DNA of 64,000 bases from Octopus sinensis (GCF_006345805.1 NC_042998.1:58342001-58406000), one strand, 5' to 3'. Positions 1 through 14,667 are shown, counted from the first letter of the stretch. Notes: generated by a model from the sequence alone, not told the origin. Translations and numbers: made by a program.

Positions 1-215
1 AACTGATTGGAAGTATTACCATGTACATTGTTTTGTCTTGGTATAAAAGATGGGCTACTGCAAATATTCTGCTCAATACCATAGATTTGCTTGTCAGTTG
101 CTTGACCTTAACCAGATGATCATGTCTCTTAGTGGCTGACAATATGTGCATCTCTGATCACGAGCAGAAGTAGTGCGGAAGCATCATAGCCATGTGTTGA
201 AAGGAATTCTTATCA
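1..215. repeat. Partial copy of the interspersed repeat also at 7095-7650
   Basis: AACTGATTGGAA...GCATCATAGCCATGTGTT is nearly identical to 7141-7350. Confidence 0.8.
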
Positions 216-265
216 ATGTGGTGAACTTGTGTGAGTAACCCAGCTTGGTTAGGATGGTCCAGAAA

Positions 266-268
<3 letters not shown>

Positions 269-332
<64 letters not shown>

Positions 333-407
333 ACACACACACTCACGTACATACATACATGCATACATACATACATACATACATACATACATACATACAT
401 ACATACA

Positions 408-439
<32 letters not shown>

Positions 440-440
440 C
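269..440. repeat. Compound microsatellite (TC)n(CA)n(TACA)n
   Basis: Directly visible; source of several spurious ORFs. Confidence 0.95.
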
Positions 441-2602
441 TGAGGTAGATGGGTGCGATATTTCTTTTGGTTCTCTGCATACCGAATTCAAATCGTATTG
501 CAAAAAACTTTATAAACCTTTCGCGATCCAAAACTGTGACTTAGTGGAATTGTTAGGGCCTTGAACTAACAGTATCTTAACAGTATCTTCTCTGGCTCTT
601 AGCGTTCTAATTGCAATGCTTGAGACAACAATCAGGCTGTGTCGTAACAGAACTTGACTTTCTTCTCTTTTGAGCAACATCGGTGACATGGAGAGAAGGG
701 TTTTCTATGCATAGAGAACTACTATTGTCTTCCAGATAAGCTTTACCCAGATCTTCCCCTTAGACATGAACTTACCAAGTGCAGATCCATACATTCATGT
801 GACAAATAAAGGCGCCAAAAATATCGGACGAATAATTTTGTGGTTCAATGTTTGATACATACAATGCATTTACTTATTTCACAGCATTTGCAGAGAGAAT
901 GTATTGTCCTTTTCAAAGCACATTCGGAACTGGACAACAATAGACTGTATCATCCGAATGTATATGTTACTGGAATGTGACCTCTGTACACCACAGGAAA
1001 TACAATATAATTACCACATATATAGTTATCCAAAAGAAGAAATAAAGTGATGTAAAATCAGATGGTATTATACGGCAGACACTTGTATAAGCTGTCCGAA
1101 ATTGTAACCAGGTTAACTATCTACTGACACATGGAAGTGGAGGTATGACAATGCCATTCCCGGTGGAATAAGAAACTAAAGAGATCAAACCTACCAAAAG
1201 AATGACAATTCAGTGAGAGTAGATAGAAAATACGCAGAAACCTCCCCCAGGGAAGCAACACACAAACAATGGAAGACAACAGAACAATGATTTTGGTGAC
1301 ATAAGATATCAGCAAATTCAAATAACAATTTATCACTTTAAATTAAGTAAACAGAGCTGAATTTCTAGTGAAACAAGATATAATGATGAAATCAACCGCG
1401 CCGAATTAACCAATGAAAAGCTACTATACAACATCTTCAGAACTTTAATGCCTACGGACAGACTGCCTAAACACTAAATGCAGAAATGGAAAACAAACAA
1501 CAAAAAAAAACATGATAACAGAATAAACAACGTTTAGCAACTTCAAATACAGAATAACAATTTAGAGGATGAAAGCAGGATGTAATAATGAAAGTAAACA
1601 GAGTAAGAATTTTAGCAAAATAGGATATAAGGATGGAATCAACTAGTAGAGATAGAAGGATGATTGTATGAGCCAATGAAAAGCGTCATGAAAGTCATCA
1701 AAAAGACATGCATCATAAACAAAAGAAAATCTGGGGCAGTCGGATATGACACTGAAATCGACCAACGGTGACCGAACAACCAATGAATAAAGAGCAATAG
1801 CAAACATAAACCTAATCTCAACGAAATATCATTTAGAAATTGACTAAAAGAAAGCAATTGACACATATGTATGAACCCTTTCCAATATTTATAAAAGCAG
1901 TTTGAAACACCAAAAATAAAACAGTCCACCTTAAGATTGTGTTGCGTGAATTTGGATCATGACAAAAATCATTCAGTTTGCATACATTATGTGTGTGTGT
2001 GTGTTGTGTGTGTGTGTGTGTGTGTGTGTAAAAGAAAGCGAGAGAGATTATATATGTGTGTATTAGAAACAGACAGAAAATGTAGTCTGTATGTGAAAGA
2101 GGCTTCCCTCTGGTGCACATATGAGCTTCTTGCTTCAGTGGAGAATAACTGAATGTGTTTGTGCATGTGGGTGCAGTACGGGTGGATATTTAAAAAGATC
2201 CATTTGCAACCATAAAGAACCAGGTTAGATCCCACTGCATGATATCTTATGCAAATGTCATTTTCTATAGCCTCAAGACGACCTGCTCAAACATGGAACC
2301 CAGTTGTCACAATTTTAACCTTTTTACTAAGAGTGAGTGAGGTGGAGGCTGAGATGCTATCTGTATCAACTCTCAGCTATGTAGGTAAAACAGTTGGTGA
2401 AAGTATGGTACAAGTCACCAGGTTATACACCCTTGTGACAGACAGCCATGCAAATACACACATATCTCAGTGTGTACATATAATTATATCTATCTATTTA
2501 CCAATTTACATGTGCATATATATGTGTGTGTATATATATATTTATATATATATACATATAAGCACACACACATAAATGTACATATGTATACATACACAAA
2601 TA

Positions 2603-2977
2603 TCATCATCATCATCGTTTAACGTCTGCTTTACATGCTAGCATGGGTTGGACGATTTGACTGATGACTGGTGAACCAGATGGCTGCACCAGGCTCCAAT
2701 CTGATCTGGCAGAGTTTCTACAGCTGTATGCCCTTCCTAACGCCAACCACTCTGAGAGTGTAGTGGGTGCTTTTATGTACCACTGGTACGAGCGCTAGTC
2801 AGGCAGTAATGGCAACAGCCACGCTCAACTGGTGCTTTTTACATGCCACCTGCACAGGAGCCATTCTAGCGGCACTGGCAACGACCTCGTTCAAATGTTT
2901 TTTCACATGCCACCATCAGAAGTGCCAGTAAGGCAACGCTGGTAACGATCACACTCGAATGGTGCTTTTTACATGCC
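2603..2977 (-). mobile_element. RTE-LINE 3'-end copy (truncated LINE or LINE-tailed SINE)
   Basis: (CAT)n CGTTTAACGTC...GCATGGGTTGGACG end shared with the ORF-bearing RTE copy at 3223-4365. Confidence 0.75.
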
Positions 2978-3222
2978 AATATTCATATATGTATTTATAC
3001 GTATACACACATACAAATGTACTCACATAAATACACACACATAAACACACACATACACATGCACATACATAAATACATATATAGACTGCACATTCCTGAA
3101 TCATGATTCTGTTCCTTATTCTAGTGACTTTTTTATGAGTTCCTGTTTCTGTTTTAGTCATGTTTTTTTTCCTACCTAACACATTATTGCATTAATTACA
3201 AAGCTATTCATCTGAAGATAGT

Positions 3223-4365
3223 ATCATCATCATCATCATCATCATCAATTAACGTCCGCTTTCCATGCTAGCATGGGTTGGACGGTTCAACTGGGGTCTG
3301 GGGAGCCCGAAAGCTGCACCAGTCCAGTCAGATCTGGCAGTGTTTCTACAGCTGGATGCCCTTCCTAACGCCAACCACTCCGAGAGTGTAGTGGGTGATT
3401 TTATGTGCCACCGACACAGGTGCCAGACGAGGCTGGCAAACGGCCACGCTCGGATGGTGTTTTTTATGTGCCACCGACACAGGTGCCAGACGAGGCTGGC
3501 AGACGGCCACGCTCGGATGGTGTTTTTTATGTGCCACCGACACAGGTGCCAGACGAGGCTGGCAGACGGCCACGCTCGGATGGTGTTTTTTATGTGCCAC
3601 CGACACAGGTGCCAGACGAGGCTGGCAGACGGCCACGCTCGGATGGTGTTTTTATGAGGCTGGCAAACGGCCACGATCGGATGGTGCTTGTTACGTGCCC
3701 ACAGCACGGAGGCCAGTCGATGCGGTACTGGCTACGGCCACGTTCGGATGGTTTTCTTGTGTGCCACAGGCACTGGTACCACAAAGATACAAATTCCATT
3801 GATGTTCATCTATTTTGATTGATTTTCACTTGCCTCAGCAGGTCTTCACAAGTGTCACAAGAAGGAAGGTATGCACAGGTGGATCGACTACGTCCCAGGT
3901 AGGGGCCACGGGATATGGCCTGACTAGTCCTGCCGGGTCCTCTCATGCACAGCACACTTCCATAGGACTCGGTCTTCAGTCATTTCCTTGGTGAGACCTA
4001 AAGTTCGAAGGTCGTGCTTCACCACCTCGTCCCAGGTTTTCCTGGGTCTACCTCTTCCACAGGTTCCCTCAACTGCTAGGGTGTAGCACTTTTGCACACA
4101 ACTATCTTCAACCATTCTCGTCACATGACCATACCAGCGCAGCCGTCTCTCTTGCACACCACAACTGACACTTCTTAGGTTCAACTTTTCTCTCAAAGTA
4201 CTTACACTCTGACGATTATGAACACTGACATTACACATCCATCGGAGCATACTGGCTTCATTTCTTGCAAGCTTACGCATATCCTCAGCTGTCACGGCCC
4301 ATGTTTCACTACCATGTAGCATGGCTGTACGTACATACGCATCATATAGTCTGCCTTTTACTACT
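3223..4365 (-). mobile_element. 5'-truncated RTE-clade non-LTR retrotransposon (ORF C-terminus, 3'UTR, (GAT)n tail)
   Basis: ORF 3924-4370 has the typical RTE C-terminal motifs LHGSETW, RRLRWYGHV, RGRPRKTW and DR..W. The 3'UTR runs to a (GAT)n tail at about 3223-3246. Confidence 0.9.
3398..3655. repeat. Four near-identical 63-bp tandem units in the RTE 3'UTR
   Basis: ATGTGCCACCGACACAGG starts at 3403, 3466, 3529 and 3592. Confidence 0.95.
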
Positions 4366-6135
4366 TGCATATTCTACTTGCATATTCTCAAGTGCCATCT
4401 CACACCTATATATATTTTCACTATTGAATAGGATACATTTATCATTAAAGATAGTTTTGAATACATATTCATGAAACCTCTGATTTATCAGTTAGGGCAA
4501 TAGAATCTTTTTCTCTATTGATTTATTTCATATATCCACGCATAAAACCAAAGAAATTTTTGAGGATAAGGGTGAATTTTACTGCATTGAATTTTTCCCA
4601 GTACACTATTAATAATGTATTTATTTTATCAGTTATAAGGGAGGAGAAAATAGAGCCAACCCTCAAAGGATTTAAACTTCAAGCATTTGCATAAGATGGA
4701 ATGATAGATTAGAAGATTTGTTTAAGCAGTGGATTAAATACCTCACGGTGTTTAATTACAGCCTTTAAATTTTGCAGTTTAAATCCCTTTGAAATTAAAT
4801 TTGCCTTTAATCATTTTGAGATCCATAAACTAAAGTACCAGTCAAATACTAGGTTTGATTTAATTGATTCTGACCTACCCCAAAATATTCAGCCTTGTAG
4901 TGTGGGTTAATATAGATAATGTAGTGAACCATTCAGAAGTTTCAATCTGCTGAAATTATACTCATAATGAGAAATGCATTAACTTTAATGACAATTCAAA
5001 CCAAGAAAGCCAAGGGAAAGAACTACAAGCTTATTAATGAGCAACAGATTAAACAATGACATGCAGTGATAAAGGAATCTAATTTTTGTTAGTTGTAGTG
5101 GCAACTGCTTTATACTTTGGCATTATGCAGTAAGATTGTAAAAGAAGAGTATGTTCCCTTAATTGACCTAAATTTATGTGGTACTGTTTATCAGCCTTGT
5201 TAGGATAAAGGCAAAAATCCATCCCAGCTGGATTTTAGCTCAATTATAAATATATATATATATTTACTCTTTATACTCTTTTACTTGTTTCAGTCATTTG
5301 ACAGTGGCCATGCTGGAGTACCAACTTTTTAGTCGAGCAAATCAACCCCAGGACTTATTCTTTGTAAGCCTAGTACTTACTTATTCTATCGGTCTCTTTT
5401 GCCAAACCGCTAAGTTATGGGGATATATATATATATATATACAAACAAAATTAAATACTGTTTGGCATTTTGGTTTGCTGTTCTGCCATTCTTACAATTC
5501 CTTTAACTTTAGAATGCTCTAATATTCAAACCTTTCTAAATGTTATTCTGAAAATTTTTCTTAATCCTTCCTTTGTATTATTAGTTGTCTCTAAAATTCC
5601 CTTCTCTTCCTGATCCTTGTTTTTCACATCAACCAGTACTCTTCATTTGCTCAAAATAAAAATCAACACTAATGAAAGAAAACTATCACAAATACTTTGC
5701 TTGGGAAATTCTTGAACTTAGACTAATAGATAAGTAAAATTGTTGTCCAAGAAACATGATGTAAGACTAGCAGCATATTTTTATTCATTCCATATAAGTC
5801 CCAAAGCCATTAGTTTTTTCCAATATATGCTACTATCTTAGATTTACTTATAAGCACAGGCATGGCTGTGTGGTTAAAAATCTTGCTTCTAAATGTTGTG
5901 GTTTCAGATCAGTCCCACTGATTGGCACTTTATACAATTGTTTTCTACTATCACCCAGGCCCAATTAAAGGCTTGTGACTGGGTTTATAACCAAGTGTTG
6001 AAAGAAACCCATTGTGTCAAGATAACAATGATAGTTGGTAACTGATGAGGAGTTGAGCATGTCTGTCTCTCTTGTGTGTTTTTCTCAATGTTCCTTTGTT
6101 GTCTCAGTGTGCTACATTTGTATCATATATGTATT

Positions 6136-6167
<32 letters not shown>

Positions 6168-7094
6168 TGTATGTATGTATGTATGTATGTATGAATATAA
6201 AATACATACAATGGGAAATATTACTTTGCTTGGAAACAGATGAGAGGTAACAAAAGGGGGAGAATCTCAATAGAAAATCTGCCTCTGTGAATTTCATCTA
6301 GTCCATGCAAGCATGAAAAAGTGGATGTTAAGATAATGATGATTTATAAGAGAAAAGAAGAAGCAGTTCTGGCTTTGAAATGAACACAGATTTCCTGATT
6401 TCTTATCCTGACACAATCAAGATCGCAAGAGGTAGATAAGAAGGAAGAAAATGGCAAGATTATCACTGGAACAAATAAATAGACTCAGTTACAACATCTA
6501 ACCTAACATTGATATAACTTTCTTTGTTCTTACTCAACACAGAGAATAGAGATAATCTTGTAATGACATTGAATAGTGGCAATGTTGAGTTGATAGAGAT
6601 AATGGAGTAAATGTATCCCTCATCTCTCAAAGCTTGACAAAAGAAGTGTCACAATAATATACTGGTACTAATTCAACAAGCTGCATTTTCCTCCCCGTCA
6701 AAGTTTAGACCTTTAACAGGCAAAAATAAATATTTATCAGAACATTATGTTAGTTGTTGTATTGATTTAACAGCTCAATAGAAAGAGATACAATTTAGTT
6801 GAGAGAAGTACAAAATCAATAATGGAAAGGGATAAAATATTAAGAAAATATTTGGTTTGTTCAGATATTTTAGACATTTTTTTTGTACATTATTGGAGTA
6901 CTCACTCAACGTGCAAATGATTATATTGCCCTACTAATTAGGATTTAGAGTAATTAGGATTTAGAGTATTTGGTTCTGGCATCCAGAATGACAAGAGGAT
7001 ATTAACAGTCTAAGAAAGTTGTCAAAATTATAAAGTTGAAGTGGAAAGAAAAAGATAGAAATATTAATATTGATAATAATAATAATAATAATAA

Positions 7095-7650
7095 TGCCTT
7101 GATGCAGTACCAGGCATTGGCACTCGTGGCTTCTGATCTTAACTGATTGGAAATGTTATCATGTACATTGTTTTGTCTTGGTACAAAAGATGGGCTACAG
7201 CAAATATTCTGCTCAATACCACAGATTTACTTGTCACTCGTTTGACCTTAACCTGTTGAGCATGTCCCTTAGTGGCTGATGATATATGCATCTCTGATCA
7301 CGAGCAGAAGTAGTGGGGGAGCATCATAGCCATGTGTTAAGAGGGATTCTTTGGGGTTTGGATAATTCACCTTTGGAAACATGGGTGGTTCATTCAATAT
7401 CCTTAAACAATCCTTATTCAGGGACCTTTTGAGCAGGATGTGCTACACGACCAGAAGAAAATTCTAACTGGGCCCCACCTGCAAAGTCATGCACTGTTTA
7501 TCGTGATATGAGATCACCGTGTCGCACACATATGGTTGTGATGCATGTACCTGGTATACCCTTATCAGACGGGTAGTCATGATGGCTATACTGGGCTTCG
7601 TATATTTTACCCCAGTGTCACTTTGATGGCATGCACTACTCTCTCACTCA
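7095..7650. mobile_element. About 555-bp interspersed element flanked on both sides by (AAT)n
   Basis: Second copy at 1-215; (AAT)n runs at about 7073-7094 and 7650-7661. Confidence 0.6.
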
Positions 7651-9813
7651 ATAATAATAATAGTGATGATGAGGATAATAATAACAATAGTAATTATAAT
7701 TATGATAATGATGATGATGATGATGATGATAGTAACAAAATAAAGAACCTGGAAGAAAACAGATTTCTAAAATTGATTTTACTGATTAATGTTTTGGTAG
7801 CGAATTACAATTAAAAGTAATGGGGGCTATCATTAGAATATTTTGTACCTCAGGCCAGCCCAACAGCATGCACCCCTACTCCAGGTTTTGTGTAATGTAT
7901 TTCTAACGATTATCACCCTCTTTGCACCATCTGAAAAATGCAGTCTGAAAATTATAATCAGTCTGTGAATGAGAAATCTATAGCTTTAATGATTATGCAG
8001 ATCATCATCATCATCATCCTTTACGTCCGTTTTCCATGCTAGCATGGGTTGGACGGAAGCTCTCTGAGGAAATCTATTATAACAGATTAAATCTGGTAAA
8101 GTTTGAAATTTTTCATGCCAAATTATGGGATAGGTTATAACACTACACAACCATCTCATTTCATCTGCCCAACACTGCTCCAGTTCTATATCCTTCTTTG
8201 CTCTAAGATTGATCTCACTTTCCCACTTTGTTATTAAGTTTTCATGTTTTTATCTGGATTAAGAAATTATGTTCCAGTAGTTTGGAATTTGTGTGAAACC
8301 CCTTCCCCTAGATTTTGGTAACATAGGCCTATTACCTACTCTGTCTAGTACTTATTGCTTTAATAAAAAAAAAATGTAATAAAATCTATGATATTCTGAA
8401 ATGAAATCAATCCAAGTTAGTTAACTATAACAACCAGATGAAACCGTGTCCAATAGAAATACGTAAGATGACATAAAGAGGTGATGGATTTTAATATGAT
8501 GTGGATAATAACCAGCAAGCAAAGGTACTAGACATTTGCTGTTCAAATAATTGTTGTTGTTTCACTATTGGGCAAAACTAATTAAGCATAGTTATGATTA
8601 AATCATTCTAGTAACAAAATGAGAAGATGAGATCAATCCTGGAACAAGGGATATAAAATAGGTGAATGTGGGACAAAGTAAGTGTACATAATTCAGCATG
8701 CCATTCCATTTTTAAAATGGTAAGCTATGATTTGAAGCAATTTGGCTGCTATTTCTAGTGGCCTCCTGTTGGTATTGTGTCCATAAACAGAGTCCCTAAA
8801 TATAGGGAAAATGAATATTACAGGACTGATGGAATTGATGCCTTACCAACTCAAGAAAATATATCCTTAAGGCCGCTCCCCTTGGTGAAGAGGATTAGCC
8901 TGCAAGAATTCTGTGCCAGTGCCACATAAAAGCACTCATTTTGTTCCACATTAAAAGCACCCAGCATACTGTAAAGTGGTTGGTGTTAGGAAGGCCATAC
9001 AGCCATAGAAACCAAGCCAAATCAGACTGGAACCTGGTGCTGCTCTCTAGCTTGGAAGTTCTGGTCAAACCATCCAATCCGTGCCAGCAAGGAAAATGGA
9101 CGTTAAAGGATGATGATGATCACGATGATCATGATCATCTCATCATCGTCATCATCATCATCATGGTAGATATAAGGTTCAGTATTACTGCTGATATGAA
9201 ATGAATTCACTTTATAAATATTGCATTGTGTTTCTGAGAAAAGCACATTATTTGACTCATGTTAAACTGCCTGACTCACAGCCAAAGTCAGTGCTTCTTC
9301 ATAGTGGCATAATTGACAGTTGTAAATGTATTCAACAATATCTAAATTAACAAAAGCTGGTCTCATCCCAACTATGCTAGCATAGAAAACTAAATGATAG
9401 AATAAAATGAAAATGAAAAAAAAAACACAACAAAAAGCAAAAACAGCTTTGCTGATCTTGGAAGAGACAGTGTCATCAGAAATGATAGAATATTCTGTTA
9501 CTGGGAAAATAATACCAAACACAACATTCCGTTTAGTAAGAGAAACAGATAAACAGAAGCTACAAAAGACCAAATAAGAGACGAGAGAAATAAATACTAA
9601 GATAAATACATAAAATAAATAACATAAACACGCAAAGACAATTTGAATAAATATTTTTAAATGCTCTTAAATGACACAGAGCAAACTAGTTTAGAATGAC
9701 AGCTGACCCAAGAAAATGTGTTGTGTTGCCACTTATAGAATTTATATATTACAGAGACATAATCATGTGGACATTCCATACTAACAAATATATATACATA
9801 TATATATATATAC

Positions 9814-9860
<47 letters not shown>

Positions 9861-10006
9861 TATATACATATATATATAAGAGATATATAAGACACCCAAA
9901 GGTGTCAGGTAATGCTGAATAAGTGCTATAGACAGACCATAGTTAAGTTCCAGATTCGGTAATATTGCAAATAAAAGGTTCAACGTTGGTTTTATGTCAG
10001 CGTGTG

Positions 10007-10163
10007 TATATAAGAATTTTTTGCGTAATAAGATAAAAAACCAAGGCTGTATAGATATTAGAACATTTATAGATATAAATTTATTAATACAAATGCTCTA
10101 TAAAGGCTCTAATTTCTATACAGCCTTAGTTTTTTATCTTATTACGCAAAAAATTCTTATATA
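10007..10163. repeat. Inverted repeat, about 67-bp arms with short loop, TA-flanked
   Basis: TATATAAGAATTTTTTGCGTAATAAGATAAAAAAC...TTTATAGA is reverse-complemented at 10097-10163. Confidence 0.9.
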
Positions 10164-11529
10164 TATATATATATTATATTCGTGTAACATCGTCTGTTTT
10201 TCTGTCCTTGTTTCATATACATTTGAAGCTTTTTTCCAAGGAATCTAATGCTCTTAGCTTAGTTTTTCCTTGGGGCTGGCCAGATTGGAGTAATCTCAAT
10301 ATTAATCAGCCGACATATGCGAGGATGATCCGGTTCTTGACTGAAGATTAAAGGCTTCGAATGACCTGTCTGTGTTTTTTGTATTGTCTATCTGGATGTT
10401 TTGTATTCTTGTCCCATTTTGTATTTATATATATATACACACAAACGCACACACATACATATATGTATATAATACAGAGATGCCATCCAGAGATTCTCAG
10501 TGGAAAACACTTAGCACTCAAATGATTCAAACTAGGGCTCCAGTGTCTTTACAAAGGACCAATTCCACAGAGTGGTTATAAAAGGAATCCAGGTGAGCAG
10601 ATATGGAGGCAATTATGCAAATAAACAAAATGAAATATAACAATTTGGGCTTGATATATAAAATATGCGACTAAGTAAATTACATATATTCACAGTCTGA
10701 AAATCTTCAATCTTTGCTTTCTTTTTGTTTACATATATACACATATATTTTGTATACGAAACCCAAATTGTTATATTTAATTTGTTTATTCACATGATCG
10801 CCTCCATATGTATATATAGGTGTTCATATACATATACTCTTTACTCTCTTTTAATCTTTTACTTGTTTCAGTCATTTGACTGTGGCCATGCCGGAGCACC
10901 GCCTTTAGTCGAGCACATCGACCTCGGGACTTATTCTTTGTAAGCCGAGTACTTGTTCTATCGGTCTCTCTTGCTGAACAACTAAGTTACAGGGACATAC
11001 ACACACCAGCGTTGGTTGTCAAGCAATGTTGGTGGGACAAACACAGACACATAAACATATACACACACATACATACTGATGATGAAGATGATGTTGATGA
11101 TGATAATGATGATGATATATGTATGTGTACCTATATTAATATGTATATATATCATATATATCAGTGTGTGTGCATGTGTGTGTGTGTGCATGTATGTGTA
11201 TGCATGTTTGTGCATGTGTGTGTGCATGTGTGTGTGTGCATGTATCTCATGAGGGTCATTATCCCAACAATGAACACACAATTGGTTCAATTTCTCTTCT
11301 TTATTATTATTTATCAATTGGTTAGCTATTTACCAATTATCTAATCAATTATTTGATTAATCACTCAGTTAATTAATCAATCAGTTGTAGATGCCGAAAG
11401 TCCTTCCATCACCATTGCCAACATCTTAAATGCTATACCCTCTCTGCTCCAAGTTCAATTCAGTCATGTCTGTCTTCTAGTTTCAGGTTTAATATTTATG
11501 TAGTTGTATGAGTGACTTCTACAAAATAA

Positions 11530-11865
11530 CATGGCTCAGTGGTTAGTGTATCAGGCTCACAATCATGAGGTAGGGGTTCAATTCGCAGACCAGCTGTGTG
11601 TTGTGTTCTTGAGCAAAACACTTTATTTCACATAAGCCCAGTTCACTCAGCTGTAGAAATGAGTTGTGACATCACTGGTGCCAAGCTGTGTTGGCCTTTG
11701 CCTTTTCCTTGGATAACATCGGTGGTGTGGAGAGAGAAGACAGGTATATATGGATGACTGCTGGTCTTCTATAAACAACCTTGCCCAGTCTTGTGCCTCA
11801 GATGGGAACTTTCTAGGTGCAATCCTATGGTCACTCATGACCGAAGAGGGTCTTTACCTTTACCT
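11530..11865 (+). mobile_element. tRNA-headed SINE, family D
   Basis: A-box TGGCTCAGTGG, B-box GGTTCAATTCG, TTGTGTTCTTGAGCAAAACACT core and (TTTACC)n tail. Related copies at 14668-15010, 22484-22735 and 56525-56833. Confidence 0.75.
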
Positions 11866-11916
11866 TAACCTGTATGAATGAAAATGTTGGTTAGTTGAAA
11901 TGGGTGAAGAAAGGGA

Positions 11917-11947
<31 letters not shown>

Positions 11948-14288
11948 TGTGCGTGCGTGTGTTTGTATGGTGTATATGATTCTGTAAATAAGTGCATTAG
12001 GGAGAAGGAAAAATGAGAGAATAGAAGAATACACATGCATGTGTGTATCAATATGAGTCTGAGAATGTGCATTCCAGCACATTTGCAATCTGGCACTGTG
12101 TGTGGGTGGATACATGTGTATGTGTGTGTGCATGCGTGTGTATTTTTAAATGCGGGTGATAAGAAAAATCTATTTCTTTGTGTCATTTACTAATAGGTCC
12201 TGTTTTTATGACTATGTGTGCTTGGGCATGTGTGTGTGTGTGTGTGCACATGTGTGTGTGCACATGTGTGTGTATGTGCATGCATGTGTGCGTGTGTCTA
12301 CTGTCCAGCTGTACCACTGGTTTCTGAACAGTACAATCCCCAATGTAAACATAGTAATGGGGCAGTTGATTTTCTATCTTCTGATGATCCAAAAATAGGT
12401 GATAATTTCAATATATATATTAATTATTATATAATACATTCATTACAAATATATTGCCATGCTACTGAAACATTTGTAGCATATATTGAACTGTCCTTAT
12501 CTGATCATCTTCATATATTATGTATGGATATATAGATTAATCTACACAACCATCAAATGAAGGACAGATTTTTGGAGATGATTCCCATGCAGCATCTCTG
12601 CAGTTAACACAACACTTGGTTTCTTGCTAGTTTGTGTTAATTTATCAAGATGTCCGGCAGTAAAGCAGCCAGTGATGCAGATTTTACAACATCCTTCTGA
12701 GAAAAACTACATAAAACATTATAGAATAAATCATTATATGTATGAAATTATACATATGTGCATTTTTATGCATTTACTGAAAATATTTTTTATATATTAA
12801 TTTAATATAAAAGTTCAGCAATAACTCTACAGCATCGTAGTGGCTCCTGAAACCTTAGATGCATTCACCCACTGACTTACATACATACGCATATACATGT
12901 GCATGCATATACATAAGTACACACCTATTTATGTATGCATGTACATATCTTCGTACATGCACACACACACACATACACACACAAATACACAGGTATATGT
13001 TTACTCATTTATGCATGTATAATGTATACATGTATAGCATTGTCCTAGACAGCTGCAGGATATTAATATTGATATTCTACTTATTGGATTTATATAATTC
13101 TTGTAGTACTTATATACCTTCTTGCCATATGTGCTCAAATTAAGCCTATGGATGATATGTTGACGGATTATCCGTTGATAATCCATCAACATGAACAGAT
13201 AAATTTTAATTCATAATGACATATTCCCAGACAGTAGCACACAAGCACACAATTCGGAATAACTAAGGAGTGTAATTTTATTTTCAAAGTCAGGAAAGAT
13301 TTTTCTTAGTGTCTGTTTATGGACAGCTGTGCACCACTCCTGTGTTTGATGGAATTTAGCTGCTTATTTTAGCACTGAGTAAAGATGGAAACAAGAGTAA
13401 CCAATAGAGAGAAAGAGAACGGGTGAGAGGCAAGTATAGGAGAAGTGAAGTTGGCCTATTAAACTATATGCACAGATGCATAACATGTAAATGCCAGACA
13501 TAAAATGCCTAATATGTAAATGCCAGACATATAAATAACAGAATGCATAAATAATGACTCCAGTGATGATCATGTTAATTATAATAATGATAAAGAATCA
13601 TTAAATTTCAATGAAAATGTTAACAAGTATAATAGCGGTGAAGATGATGGTTGTTGAGGATGATGACTTTTATGATGATGAAGTAGGAAATGATTAAGAT
13701 TCTGATAGCAATTGTTAATGTTGTTGTTCAATCAGAGCTCAATTCTGATACAGAAAAGATATTGTGCAATCAATAAGGTATTCCTAGATAGATTATGTCT
13801 GAAGAAAAGATGAGGTGGCCACAGCTAGAATGCCTTTGACTGCAAATCTGCTCAGTCAAGGCCGACCAAGGGTTGAACAACAAGATTACATGTATGATTC
13901 TGTGGTAAACAAGTTTGATTTGTAAATATGTAGCTTCAGGTTCAATTCACTCTACAGTATCTTAAATAAGAGTCCTTCACTATAAACTCAGTTGACCATT
14001 CCTTGTCACTGAAATTTGGTACGTTGAAACTGTATGCAGGACTCAGTAGGGACCAATATTATTTCTAGGTTGCAGACTTCAGTTGTTGCCCCATTAAACA
14101 CCACTGTAGGTACATTTTACTTAGGTACCTTGTATAGACTACAATGTTTGAAGCAAAAGAGCAAATCAGTTTAAATGTATGAAACTTCTACTTGTTTAAC
14201 CATGCTATAACTGTAAAGACCTTAGTTCTTTAGACATTAATATAAAGTAGACCACTCCTTAACCACATTGGGAAAACCAGTAAATTCT

Positions 14289-14328
<40 letters not shown>

Positions 14329-14667
14329 TAGCTTCTCAAAATGTTGCATACAGCCACCTCTTTCTCTTCAACATTCTCACTCAGTTGTAAGGGAATTTGT
14401 TGTAGTTTTGTGAGTTAAAAGGTGATCTATTAGTGCTGATGCCACAAAAAAGCACTGACTACACTCTCTAAATTGGTTGGCAATAGGAAGAGCATCCAGC
14501 TGTAAAAAACATGCTAAATACAGACATTGATGCTTGACATAGTCCTCCAATTCATCGGATCTTGTTTAGCTATCAACTCATGCCAATATGAAAGATGATG
14601 TCAATAACAATTTTGATGATGATGATGATGATGATATATGGTGGTGGTGGTGGTGGTGATGTGATGT

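Noticed and set aside
158-531. ORFs rich in YI/HT/CV/ER/SL here and throughout the window
   Set aside because: They are translations of microsatellites and SINEs.
3398-3655. CRISPR-like array or repeat protein (ORFs 3249-3818)
   Set aside because: The units are contiguous with no unique spacers, the context is eukaryotic, and frames stay open only because 63 is divisible by 3.
12530-12700. Possible upstream exon in unique-looking sequence
   Set aside because: Stops occur in all + frames and there is no clear donor site or homology.
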